A stretch of 64,000 bases of DNA from a virus (lineage: Duplodnaviria > Heunggongvirae > Uroviricota > Caudoviricetes), in the IMG/VR virus record IMGVR_UViG_3300046359_000179, positions 11,944-75,943 of that record; one strand, 5' to 3'. The notes beneath the pieces were generated by a model. It did no database searches. It had not been told where the DNA came from and saw only the letters and a list, made by a program, of their open reading frames with translations. The translations under genes and the position numbers were made by a program. Below are positions 8,397-16,722 of this stretch, piece after piece (positions within the stretch are counted from its first letter, which is position 1; each line of letters starts with the position of its first letter).

Positions 8397-8510
8397 TGGT
8401 AGGCCGTGTTGGACTCGAACCAACGACCAAAGGATTATTCTTCGGCTTCTTTTGTTATTATCCAACAGAATGCCTGAGTCCTCTGCTCTAACCAACTGAG
8501 CTAACGGCCC
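8397..8510 (-). tRNA. tRNA-like gene with ~37-44 nt insertion between the halves of the anticodon stem; CCA encoded
   Basis: Acceptor GGGCCGT/ACGGCCT, D-arm GCTC-AGTTGGTTA-GAGC, anticodon stem halves GAGGA...TCCTT separated by 44 nt, T-arm GTTGG-TTCGAGT-CCAAC. Confidence 0.45.
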
Positions 8511-8692
8511 ACACTTTTTGCATTCTCCAATTATACCATACTTTTCTATCTTTACAAATTTATTTTTGTTTTACTAAAGAATAAACAGTTCGATTTCTTC
8601 TTCAGAAGGAGTTTTTCTGCCAAGAATCTTGTAAAAAGCTTTTGAATTTTCTATCCATTCCGGGGAAGCAAATGCAAAATTTACGTTTCTAT

Positions 8693-9040
8693 TCACCCAC
8701 TTGTAAAGCGCATCGTATAATTTTTTCGACTTTCAACTAATCCCGAAGTTTTATCAACGGCGATTAAAATGAAATCCGGCCCTAGTTCCTGAAGTTTTGG
8801 GACAGCAGCATTTAACACTGCCCCAATTAGTTTGGCAGCAGGAATTTCTCCACCTGTAGCCTTATTGGTGCCATTTACAGCAAACCCAAAATCTATAAGA
8901 TGTTTTGATTCTACATCGTATTCATCAATTTGTACATGACAAAGTTTGCCATCAATGATAAATTCCCCGATGTGCCTATGCCCAACATTTTCCCATTTGA
9001 CTATTGGTTTAGTGTTTAGAATTTCAAGCAAATTCATCAA
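8693..9040 (-). CDS. hypothetical protein, paralog family C (homolog of ORF 46422..46844); 3' end possibly frameshifted
   Basis: M.L.EIL..K.P...G...I.G...D pattern shared with the 46422..46844 product; downstream open frame continues past its stop. Confidence 0.45.
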   Translation of the reverse strand: MMNLLEILNTKPIVKWENVGHRHIGEFIIDGKLCHVQIDEYDVESKHLIDFGFAVNGTNKATGGEIPAAKLIGAVLNAAVPKLQELGPDFILIAVDKTSGLVESRKNYTMRFTSG

Positions 9041-9612
9041 AGTAGATTTTCAATTGAATTAATCATAGGCAGCGCGATATGTTGCTTTCTAACTTTACAT
9101 TTATCCCACGTGTATTTGGTTCCACCGTCTTTTGGGATGTCCCCTCTGCCAAAGGTATACGCAAGCATAAAATCACATCCTGCTGCAACTTTATCATTTC
9201 TTCCAAACATTCCGGAATAACCGTTAGATTTTGGCTCGTATGTAACGAACTGTTTTGAATCTATGACTTCTGCTATTTGTCGGAGCGAATCATACCCTAT
9301 TATTTGGCTGAACTTTTCATGGTAAAAATTGCATGCCCTAGAGGTCTTATTGTAAGCTGCATCGCTAAAACGTTTTGTCTGAAGACAGAAAGGTGCAGGT
9401 AAATGTAAAATTATATCCTTACATTTTCCTGTCAAAAACAATTCGACAGCTAAATGATCTGCCCATGCAGCTCCACCAGAAATCACCGTATCATCTTCAC
9501 GAACATCTGAAGAAACATCCCGAATCATCCAGCGCCATAATTCTTTAGACATCGGAATCAATTTATCCCTTCCAGCAGTTCCTATAATAGCAATTTTCAT
9601 CTCTACTCCCAA
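9037..9612 (-). CDS. SLOG/DprA-like Rossmann protein (phage DUF2493-like)
   Basis: IAIIGTAGRD ... ISGGAAWADHLAV glycine-rich pattern. Confidence 0.4.
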   Translation of the reverse strand: MGVEMKIAIIGTAGRDKLIPMSKELWRWMIRDVSSDVREDDTVISGGAAWADHLAVELFLTGKCKDIILHLPAPFCLQTKRFSDAAYNKTSRACNFYHEKFSQIIGYDSLRQIAEVIDSKQFVTYEPKSNGYSGMFGRNDKVAAGCDFMLAYTFGRGDIPKDGGTKYTWDKCKVRKQHIALPMINSIENLL

Positions 9613-9618
9613 AGCTGC

Positions 9619-10170
9619 TTAATCTTCATGCAACGCAAAGACATAATCATGAAGACCGTTAATCTTTTTACAAATTGACTGACTTTCAACAATTAAAGCT
9701 TTCTCATAATTATTGTAAAGCTCAACTGGAACAATGTCAGTTATTTCATGCGTTTTTAAATCAATCATTTTTACAGGCCACTGATCGCGCAATTTGTCCC
9801 ATAGCCCGATTGTTTCTCTCGACTGTTCAACGTCTGAAATCAAGGCGAAGTTTAGAGTGTTGTATATAAACCGATATAGGTTTACTATAATTCCTCTCCT
9901 CCTATAGTTTGGGGAACACCATGAGCGCTTGACCATTAGTACTGACTTGTTTGAAGGCAGGTTTAAATCATCTATTGTTGTTAAAAGTAGCGCTGCAATT
10001 ATGCTATCATCCTTTTTCACGATGAAAACTTTAATATCCCCAGATGATCCAAGTTCAATTGTATAATCTTGGAGATAGTCGAGGCACACGATTTTAAAAT
10101 TAGTAATTTTGTTTAAGTCAAATCCCAAATTAGGTTGACTTACAACTCGTGCAATCTCAGATAATTTCAT
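9619..10170 (-). CDS. hypothetical protein, divergent paralog of family A
   Basis: RRRGIIVNLYRFIYNTLNFALISDVEQSRETIGLWDKL aligns with the family-A C-terminal block. Confidence 0.5.
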   Translation of the reverse strand: MKLSEIARVVSQPNLGFDLNKITNFKIVCLDYLQDYTIELGSSGDIKVFIVKKDDSIIAALLLTTIDDLNLPSNKSVLMVKRSWCSPNYRRRGIIVNLYRFIYNTLNFALISDVEQSRETIGLWDKLRDQWPVKMIDLKTHEITDIVPVELYNNYEKALIVESQSICKKINGLHDYVFALHED

Positions 10171-10379
10171 AATTAGAAATTTTAAAATGGGATAAATTCA
10201 CCGACATTCAATCCGACCAGACTAAAATACGGAACAAGCTTGCCAAACCGTATCAGCCCAGTAAGTTGCCAAGCTTATTCAACGGTCTCTGCGCAATCTA
10301 TGGTAGTTATTTTTCCGTTACGTAATTTCCGCTTTTTGACTCACTTGAATTTTTTGCATTTCAAACCTTTAAAAATTGA

Positions 10380-10493
10380 ACTATTTTGATGTAAGCACTA
10401 ATAACGTTGTCGCTTCATTGTGCTGGGAAATATCTTTCCAAATTTGGTCATCATCGAGATTTTCAGCATTATAATTACGCGGTTCTATAAAAA
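10380..10493 (-). pseudogene. C-terminal remnant of the family-A gene disrupted by the IS (..NYNAENLDDDQIWKDISQHNEATTLLVLTSK*)
   Basis: Matches the C-terminus of ORF 6459..7064 (..YNGENIDEFFIWNNSEHKKEPTSLLVLTSQ*); no start; overlaps the tnpB stop. Confidence 0.6.
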
Positions 10494-10500
10494 TCTATAA
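10380..10500 (-). ncRNA. predicted TnpB omegaRNA (reRNA) region: scaffold overlapping the tnpB 3' end plus flank-derived guide
   Basis: Placement inferred from established IS200/605/607 TnpB biology; 300-bp non-coding stretch downstream of tnpB; not folded. Confidence 0.3.
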
Positions 10501-11710
10501 AACTCACTAAACGCTTCACAGAAGCTGCCTTTGGAAGAACTTCCTTAGGTCTTACTGCCCCTCCACGTCTGTACTCGGTTAATTCAGCCGAGGTCATGTC
10601 ATAAAGGTCCTTTACACCTTCATTTAAAATATTGATAGCCGCATTTAAGTCGCGATCATGGCTTGAGCCGCATATTGGGCATGTCCATTCTCTTATGGAT
10701 AAATCCATCGTTTCCATTTTATGGCCGCAGCAAGAACACGTCTTACTCGATGGGAACCAAGTATCTATCTTATGAAATGTGCGGCCATACCACCTACTTT
10801 TGTATTCCAGCATTGAAATAAAAGTGGACCAACTTGCATCAAGTATGGATTTTGCCAAACTATGATTCTTAACCATGTTTTTAACTTTTAGAGTTTCAGT
10901 ACAAATAACATCGTAATTTTCTATTAACCAACTCGACAGGTTATGGTAAATGAACTTGCGCTGATTTACAATATCCCTATGGATTTTCGCAACTTTGATT
11001 TTCTGTTTATTGTACCTTTTAGAACCCTTTGTTTTTCTGCTTAAATGCTGCTGTGACCGTTTTAGTTTAGATTGGTTTTCTCTGAACCATCTTGGATTGG
11101 AAATTTGCGTACCATCACTTAAGATGAGCAAGTTTTTCAATCCGAGATCAATACCGATTGAGCGACCAGTATTTTGTTTCAATTCTATTTCTTCTTCAAC
11201 TAAAATTGAAACAAAATATTGCCCACTTGGATTTTTAGAAATTGTGACAGATTTTGGTTTACCAGTAAAAGGTCTATCTATGATTACTTTTACTGGAGAC
11301 ATTTTTGGAAATTTAATAAAACCTGCTTTAATTTGTTCAAATTTTTCTAAATGCATTGAAGCCGCAGGAATCCTAAATGATTCATTGCCACCCCGCTTTT
11401 TAAATTTTGGTCTTCCCAGTTTAGCTTTACGGTTTTTAGAGAAAAATTGCTTTTTGGTTTCATCAAAATCGATTCGTTTTTGCTGCAAGGCATAACTAAT
11501 AGCATCTTTAAGCCATGGAAAGTTCTCATCATCTTTCAAAATCTTCTCATTCATTGGTCGGTTTGGGCCTTCTTTTGAAAAAGAATTAAAATTGGCAACT
11601 AACTGATTCCAAATGAAGCGAACACATCCAAAATTTTGGAGAAGAAATTTCTCTTGCTTATTATTAGGATATATTCGGTACTTAAAAGCCTTAAGAACTG
11701 TATTTGTCAT
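10475..11710 (-). CDS. tnpB: TnpB (OrfB_IS605, RuvC-like RNA-guided nuclease with C-terminal Zn ribbon)
   Basis: N-terminal KYRIYPNNKQ..FGCVRFIWNQ; RuvC motifs IGIDLGLKNL and ICTETLKVKNM; CSCCGH..CPICG zinc ribbon; ..DRDLNAAINI. Confidence 0.85.
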   Translation of the reverse strand: MTNTVLKAFKYRIYPNNKQEKFLLQNFGCVRFIWNQLVANFNSFSKEGPNRPMNEKILKDDENFPWLKDAISYALQQKRIDFDETKKQFFSKNRKAKLGRPKFKKRGGNESFRIPAASMHLEKFEQIKAGFIKFPKMSPVKVIIDRPFTGKPKSVTISKNPSGQYFVSILVEEEIELKQNTGRSIGIDLGLKNLLILSDGTQISNPRWFRENQSKLKRSQQHLSRKTKGSKRYNKQKIKVAKIHRDIVNQRKFIYHNLSSWLIENYDVICTETLKVKNMVKNHSLAKSILDASWSTFISMLEYKSRWYGRTFHKIDTWFPSSKTCSCCGHKMETMDLSIREWTCPICGSSHDRDLNAAINILNEGVKDLYDMTSAELTEYRRGGAVRPKEVLPKAASVKRLVSFIDFYRTA

Positions 11711-12303
11711 TTTTCTGAATCGTTAGCTAATTCTTGAACCAATTTTTCCGTATTCCGTTTGCTGCGGCGCTGTCCATAAATTCTTGCGCAAAAAGATGTA
11801 ATGACGGACACAAAATCCTGAACAATGTCTTCTTTATCTGACTCTACATTATTCACTACATCGATTTCAATGCCATTAGAATTTAATAGCTGTTCAATAT
11901 AATTGAAACCGAATCTAGTCAGCCGATCCTTATGTTCAACTACTAATTTAGTAAAATCCTGTTCCTTAAGAAGCTTTTCCAGTTTTGGCCTCTTATCATT
12001 TAGTCCAGATCCAAATTCTGTAACGACTTTAGCAACTTTGTAACCTCTAGCGTTACAATATGAAATCAACCTTTCGGATTGAGTCTCAAGATTAGATTTA
12101 TTTGCAGTCGAAGAAACACGACAATAAATCACTACGCGTTCTTCTTCCTTGGCCTTTATACCAAGGAATTTGTTGTAAGTTTCAATATCAACATAATTCA
12201 TTGAACCAATTTTATGAAATTGTATTTTTCCAGCCTTCTTCCAATTCCACAGCGTCATCCTGGTTACACCAAGATCTGCAGCAAATTTTTTAAGTTTAAT
12301 CAT
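11707..12303 (-). CDS. tnpA: IS607-type TnpA (serine recombinase with N-terminal MerR-like HTH)
   Basis: HTH FAADLGVTRMTLWNW; resolvase core VVIYCRVSS..NLETQ; 4-nt overlap with tnpB. Confidence 0.8.
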   Translation of the reverse strand: MIKLKKFAADLGVTRMTLWNWKKAGKIQFHKIGSMNYVDIETYNKFLGIKAKEEERVVIYCRVSSTANKSNLETQSERLISYCNARGYKVAKVVTEFGSGLNDKRPKLEKLLKEQDFTKLVVEHKDRLTRFGFNYIEQLLNSNGIEIDVVNNVESDKEDIVQDFVSVITSFCARIYGQRRSKRNTEKLVQELANDSEK

Positions 12304-12340
12304 TTGATTTCCTATATAAGATATATTATATTTATACTTT

Positions 12341-12348
12341 TATTTATA
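12341..12348 (-). promoter_or_regulatory. TATAAATA late-promoter-like motif at the IS left end, upstream of tnpA
   Basis: Exact octamer on the minus strand ~38 nt upstream of the tnpA ATG. Confidence 0.3.
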
Positions 12349-12359
12349 GGAATTGAGAT

Positions 12360-12833
12360 TTAAATATAATATTGGGTAAAATCTGAAACAATAGTAAATC
12401 CGTATCGCGCCAAAACTACGTAAAGCGCCATTGCTAATCCCTGGGTTTGAAACTTTGCGTGAGTATAAACAGATTCAACTTGCAGCTCATTTTCTACTGG
12501 AAGGTTTGAACGGTTATTAAAACGCACTTTAGTTATAGTTAATTGACGAGGTTGGCCAATATCGTCTACGCCTGAAGTAGTAACTTCGGCATAAAATTTA
12601 CCCTTATTTAGCCAAAAATGGTATTCAGTTCCACCTTTTTCAAGGGTTCCCAAAAAATCATTCATACGACGCAAATTTTCAAGAGATGGATAATTGTCCA
12701 TCTTGATAATGGGCCTCGCATCTTGGTCCATATGATATGGGCCCTCAAAAAGTTCTTGGGTTTTCATGTCAATTTTTATTTTAGGTCTTGATTTAACTGC
12801 CAGTGCGTCGGTTTCCCAACGACAGTTTAGCAA
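12360..12833 (-). pseudogene. family-A gene truncated by the IS607 insertion (ends ..IVSDFTQ + YYI* from the IS end)
   Basis: Aligns to ORF 6459..7064 up to DFEQ; missing C-terminus is found at 10380..10493. Confidence 0.65.
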
Positions 12834-12879
12834 ACTGCTCCCTTAACCAACTTAACCACTCGTGCAAAAATCCATTTTT

Positions 12880-12960
12880 TTGGTGCCGCTTATCTGACTC
12901 GAACAGGCGGCACCTATTGCTTACACGGCACGTACTCTTCTAACTGAGCCAAAGCAGCAA
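12880..12960 (-). ncRNA. degenerate tRNA-like / minihelix element ending in CCA
   Basis: GGTGCCGC...GCGGCACC-A with T-loop-like TTCGAGT; no acceptable anticodon arm. Confidence 0.25.
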
Positions 12961-12967
12961 TAACTGG

Positions 12968-13040
12968 CTCCCTAGCGTGGGATCGAACCACGGACAACTT
13001 GATTAACAGTCAAGCGCTCTACCGACTGAGCTACTAGAGA
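12968..13040 (-). tRNA. tRNA-Asn (anticodon GTT)
   Basis: Acceptor TCTCTAG/CTAGGGA, D-arm GCTC-AGTCGGTA-GAGC, anticodon stem CTTGA/TCAAG, loop CTGTTAA, T-arm CGTGG-TTCGATC-CCACG. Confidence 0.8.
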
Positions 13041-13048
13041 ATAAATTT

Positions 13049-13126
13049 TGGTTGCGGATGCTGGATTCGAACCAGCGACCTCTTGATTATGAGCCAAGTG
13101 AGATAACCATGCTTCTCTAATCCGCA
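13049..13126 (-). tRNA. tRNA-Met or Ile2 (anticodon CAT), CCA encoded
   Basis: Acceptor TGCGGAT/ATCCGCA, D-stem GAGA/TCTC, anticodon stem CTTGG/TCAAG, loop CTCATAA, T-arm GCTGG-TTCGAAT-CCAGC. Confidence 0.75.
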
Positions 13127-13139
13127 ACAAATTTAAAAT

Positions 13140-13214
13140 TGGCGTCCCTACCTGGAATCGAACCAGGTCCTGCAGCGTGAAAGGCTATCGATCTAACCAG
13201 TAATCTATAGGGAC
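13140..13214 (-). tRNA. tRNA-Glu (anticodon TTC), CCA encoded
   Basis: Acceptor GTCCCTA/TAGGGAC-G-CCA, D-stem GATT/GATC, loop CTTTCAC, T-arm CCTGG-TTCGATT-CCAGG; resembles E. coli tRNA-Glu layout. Confidence 0.75.
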
Positions 13215-13301
13215 AAAAACTTTAGTCATAGAATTTAAAATCCTTCGAACTAAGTTTTAACGTAATGCGCATTACGCAAAATTTCGTATGCAGTGAATAT
13301 C

Positions 13302-13309
13302 TATTTATA
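13302..13309 (-). promoter_or_regulatory. TATAAATA late-promoter-like motif upstream of the second tRNA cluster
   Basis: Exact octamer on minus strand. Confidence 0.3.
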
Positions 13310-13338
13310 GTGCCCACAGCAAATGCTCTTCAATAATT

Positions 13339-13758
13339 TTATAATTCTTCAAATAAATTTTCGAATTCACCAGAGATGCAAATTACATCATTTGACTCGG
13401 AAATTTCCCCAGTTAGTCTGCTTCTTAAAGCGGTTTTAAGTGCTCTAGGATCACTCAACTGTCGAAATTCGAATTGCACTTTGAGGTGCCGGAATGCAGT
13501 ATTTATTGCACGGAAAACAAAATCATGCACGTTAAGCATATGGTCTATTGAGACGACATTTGCCGTGCTGAATGAATACAATGGAACTCCTCCGCAAAGA
13601 CGGTGTTCGTCTTTTAGGACCCTAAAAGTTATTTCAGGATCTTCTGAACTCATTTCCACTAAATGCGATAGAAACGTACTAAGCTTAAGTGGCTCAATGT
13701 ATTCGCGCCTTGGCAAAGATGACCAAGCATAAACTTCATAGCACGTTTCTTTTCGCAT
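13339..13758 (-). CDS. hypothetical protein
   Basis: 139-aa ORF. Confidence 0.45.
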   Translation of the reverse strand: MRKETCYEVYAWSSLPRREYIEPLKLSTFLSHLVEMSSEDPEITFRVLKDEHRLCGGVPLYSFSTANVVSIDHMLNVHDFVFRAINTAFRHLKVQFEFRQLSDPRALKTALRSRLTGEISESNDVICISGEFENLFEEL

Positions 13759-13773
13759 CTGTCAACCCTAAAA

Positions 13774-14079
13774 TTATGCTAGCGCAATACCGGTAGTTTG
13801 TTCAAGATACTGGCGAGTGACTTCAGCGTCAGTATCCACAACACACATGACAAATGTTGCTGGAATATCTACTTCACGCAAAGTTGGGTTTGAAAGCGTC
13901 CAAGGCATAAATGCCAACCCCATTTGCCCCGAATTTCCAAATGGGCGAAATTGTAATGTTTGTGGTTTACTAACCCGATACGCAGCAACATTACTGTCAA
14001 GAGTTGCAGAAATTTTAGAAACAAGCGTAGCAACAACTTCTTCACCAGACACCAACTTCAAAGTAACTACATTAGACAT
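13774..14079 (-). CDS. hypothetical protein
   Basis: 101-aa ORF. Confidence 0.45.
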   Translation of the reverse strand: MSNVVTLKLVSGEEVVATLVSKISATLDSNVAAYRVSKPQTLQFRPFGNSGQMGLAFMPWTLSNPTLREVDIPATFVMCVVDTDAEVTRQYLEQTTGIALA

Positions 14080-14159
14080 AAACTATGATCTCCAAAAGGT
14101 TAAAAATAAGACTTGAGCAAGTCAATGTTATTATACCATGTTTATCTGAAGATGTAAAC

Positions 14160-14444
14160 TTATTGTTTTGGGCGGCGAACACGTTTTGTCTGTAGAGCCT
14201 TTTTAAAAATTGACTTAACATCGGGAACAAACTTTGCTGCAACAAGAGCGTCTATATGAGTCTGATTAATAAAAATTTGTCGATGTGGCAGAATGAGCCC
14301 AAGATTTGTTCGAACGAAGTCGCGAACGAGTAATGTGTCAACTTTACCAAATTGATCTGAGTGGCAATAAAAGATGAACAATAAGTTGAGTTCAAGTTCT
14401 GAGTAGTTGGGCAAGATTGATCCTTCACTGTTTAACGTACACAC
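14160..14444 (-). CDS. hypothetical protein
   Basis: 94-aa ORF. Confidence 0.4.
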   Translation of the reverse strand: MCTLNSEGSILPNYSELELNLLFIFYCHSDQFGKVDTLLVRDFVRTNLGLILPHRQIFINQTHIDALVAAKFVPDVKSIFKKALQTKRVRRPKQ

Positions 14445-14502
14445 TTACTATTAGTGTGAAGAACTTTTTAAATTCCATTTGGTATTTATCGAGTGCACAA
14501 AA

Positions 14503-14530
14503 CAAAAAAGCGGACATTTGTCCGCTTTCG
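14503..14530 (-). terminator. rho-independent terminator
   Basis: Hairpin GCGGACA-tt-TGTCCGC with TTTTTTGTTTT on the minus strand. Confidence 0.6.
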
Positions 14531-14550
14531 TTCTTATTAGGTTTATGTGC

Positions 14551-14886
14551 TTAACTAATCTTTTTTGGCTTCAAATCGTTTATTCCAATGCTTTCAAGAA
14601 CTTCAGCAATCCCAAGTGCAAGTTGATCTATAGGGGATTCCTTATGCTCGCCTTCATCATTCATTAGCTCGCGAATATTGTACTCGTTGATAATACCATG
14701 TAAAACTTCATGAAGCACTAGACGTAATTCGCGCTCGGGGCTAGTCTTCAAAACCCTAATCGAGTGCTGCAAATAACTTATCTGTCCCCACAATTTTTGA
14801 CCGCTGCCATCATGGCAAACATCTAGTTCGCCTTTAACGGTTTTAATCTTATACGGAATGCCGCCAATCTTTATTTCTGTTCGCAT
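14551..14886 (-). CDS. small putative zinc metallopeptidase (HExxH)
   Basis: LVLHEVLHGI motif in 111-aa ORF. Confidence 0.4.
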   Translation of the reverse strand: MRTEIKIGGIPYKIKTVKGELDVCHDGSGQKLWGQISYLQHSIRVLKTSPERELRLVLHEVLHGIINEYNIRELMNDEGEHKESPIDQLALGIAEVLESIGINDLKPKKIS

Positions 14887-14903
14887 AATTTCTCAGTAAA
14901 TTT

Positions 14904-15623
14904 TTAATCGTCTGATGACCAAATTGAAGTGCTAATTTTCTTCGTGCTAAAGTCTATTTCAACACTGACGCCTTTTGTATGGCCCCACTTATCGTCTACT
15001 GCCGATGTAGTAAAAGAAGAAACTACGTAACCAGTTTCAAGCGAATGTTTCACAAATGGCGTAAAACTTTGAACTGTAACCCCCAGCATAATAAAACCAT
15101 TATCTTTAAACCAATCAAACGCTGCTTGGTTTTTATCAGCCGCATTTTTGATAATCTTTGGAAGTTGGTCCATTGCGTCCTTAGCAATTTCTGGCATATT
15201 CGAACGCAATTCTTCTTGAATCTGTTTAACAATGCCACTTTTGTATTCCAAATGCATATCTAGAATCGTTTTGTTAAGTCGCTTCAGGCCATCGCTATTG
15301 TCAAAATCTGAAACAGCAAAATAAATCGCTGACTTCACTTTAGGGCTGGAACCCTTTAGCATATAACCAAGAACCTTCTTATTATCTTTCTCAATCGACA
15401 CCCGTTTTAGATTGCCAATCGCGACTGTATTTAAACTGGCAACCACTGGAACTTCATGTTCGATACCATCATTGCACTTGACCATAACGGTTTGGTCTGA
15501 GATTTTCAGGCCCATTTTTACCGCATTTTGTATAGGGTAATTAAACAGCTCACGAGTGCTTGAAGCCTTCATTCGCATTTCGCCTGTTGAAATATGAAAT
15601 TCTGGGGTGTCTTGAATGTTCAT
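14904..15623 (-). CDS. hypothetical protein
   Basis: 239-aa ORF. Confidence 0.5.
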   Translation of the reverse strand: MNIQDTPEFHISTGEMRMKASSTRELFNYPIQNAVKMGLKISDQTVMVKCNDGIEHEVPVVASLNTVAIGNLKRVSIEKDNKKVLGYMLKGSSPKVKSAIYFAVSDFDNSDGLKRLNKTILDMHLEYKSGIVKQIQEELRSNMPEIAKDAMDQLPKIIKNAADKNQAAFDWFKDNGFIMLGVTVQSFTPFVKHSLETGYVVSSFTTSAVDDKWGHTKGVSVEIDFSTKKISTSIWSSDD

Positions 15624-15626
15624 CTT

Positions 15627-16370
15627 TTAATCCAAACTAATAGTTAATGCCTTACATGATGCACCAAATTTTAAAAATTCAGATACATCAAGCGTAAGGA
15701 TATTATACCCTAGTTCTTTGAGCTTTCTTGACAACGCTTTAGAAAATTTAGAACCTATAATACTTTGGCCGACACAGATAGAATTGCAGACTAAGCCTAG
15801 AGCATCTTCACGTGAAATAGCTATCAATTTATCATCGAACATTTGTTCAAGCACATATTTCGAATGGTTCGAAAATGCCGCAGGAAAATAAAGAGCGTGA
15901 CCATCAGAAAGTATGCATAAACATGTATCTAGCGTTGAGAACACCGGATCTGCAAGTTCAAGAGGGCGAACTAATAAATCAGTCGATTCTAAAATTTTAT
16001 CCAACGCAAACTTGCCATCTAGCAAAGTCTCGTATCCAAATCCCAAGAATAAATTATCCCCGTCGATAATGACGTCTCTTCCAGAGAAGGCTGCGTGTTC
16101 TTTCCCAATAATTGCAAACGAACGAAATTTTGGTTCTGCCCATTCTAAAAAGTTGCATTCAGAACTGGAAATAAAAGTGTCGCCGATAATGATTCCCGCA
16201 TCAGCGCAAATAGAAGACTGCACAGGAACACTTGGCACAATAACATCTACCCCAACAGAGATAAGAGCATTACGTAAATTGGCCCACTGTTTTGCCTGTA
16301 AAGTCCTGGTCATTGCCATTTCTTTCGGCGCATCATTTGTTGGAGTAAACATTAAAAACTGCTTTGTCAT
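15627..16370 (-). CDS. pentein-fold enzyme (DDAH / arginine deiminase / amidinotransferase superfamily-like)
   Basis: C-terminal FGASCKALT (GGxxC nucleophile-like) and an internal SDGHALYFPAAFS His region. Confidence 0.35.
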   Translation of the reverse strand: MTKQFLMFTPTNDAPKEMAMTRTLQAKQWANLRNALISVGVDVIVPSVPVQSSICADAGIIIGDTFISSSECNFLEWAEPKFRSFAIIGKEHAAFSGRDVIIDGDNLFLGFGYETLLDGKFALDKILESTDLLVRPLELADPVFSTLDTCLCILSDGHALYFPAAFSNHSKYVLEQMFDDKLIAISREDALGLVCNSICVGQSIIGSKFSKALSRKLKELGYNILTLDVSEFLKFGASCKALTISLD

Positions 16371-16409
16371 TTATTTCCTTAGGTTTCTATTTGTCCTATT
16401 GTGGAAGTC

Positions 16410-16437
16410 ATAAAAGCTCACTTAAAAGTGAGCTTTT
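16410..16437. terminator. hairpin terminator
   Basis: AAAAGCTCACT-taaa-AGTGAGCTTTT. Confidence 0.5.
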
Positions 16438-16722
16438 GAATTATGCGCCTAAAATATGTTTTTCAAATTTAGCCGCAAGAGCAGAAATCTGAGCATCCCT
16501 AACAGATGAACCTGTATCTGGTGCATAAGCTAATTCAGCTTTCCAAACATCTATTGCAAGTGCGATAGAGATAATTTTTACTTCTTCTAAAGAAGGAATT
16601 TTCCCGCTAATTGTGAAATTTGATGAAATCAATTTTGTCCCCTAAGAAAAATGCAGTAACAGAAAATACCGTTACTGCATTATAAACTTTAATTAAATTG
16701 TTGTAAACTTATTTGCAGCCAG

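Larger units (their letters stand above)
10478..12368 (-). mobile_element. IS607-family insertion sequence (tnpA serine recombinase + tnpB), ~1.9 kb, inserted into a family-A phage gene
   Basis: Host-gene homology stops at DFTQ (12363) and resumes at NYNAENL (10478); two-gene IS607 architecture. Confidence 0.75.

Noticed and set aside
8520-8700. Possible extra coding sequence downstream of ORF 8693..9040
   Set aside because: The open frame after the stop lacks similarity to the family-C paralog C-terminus; likely non-coding or frameshift debris.
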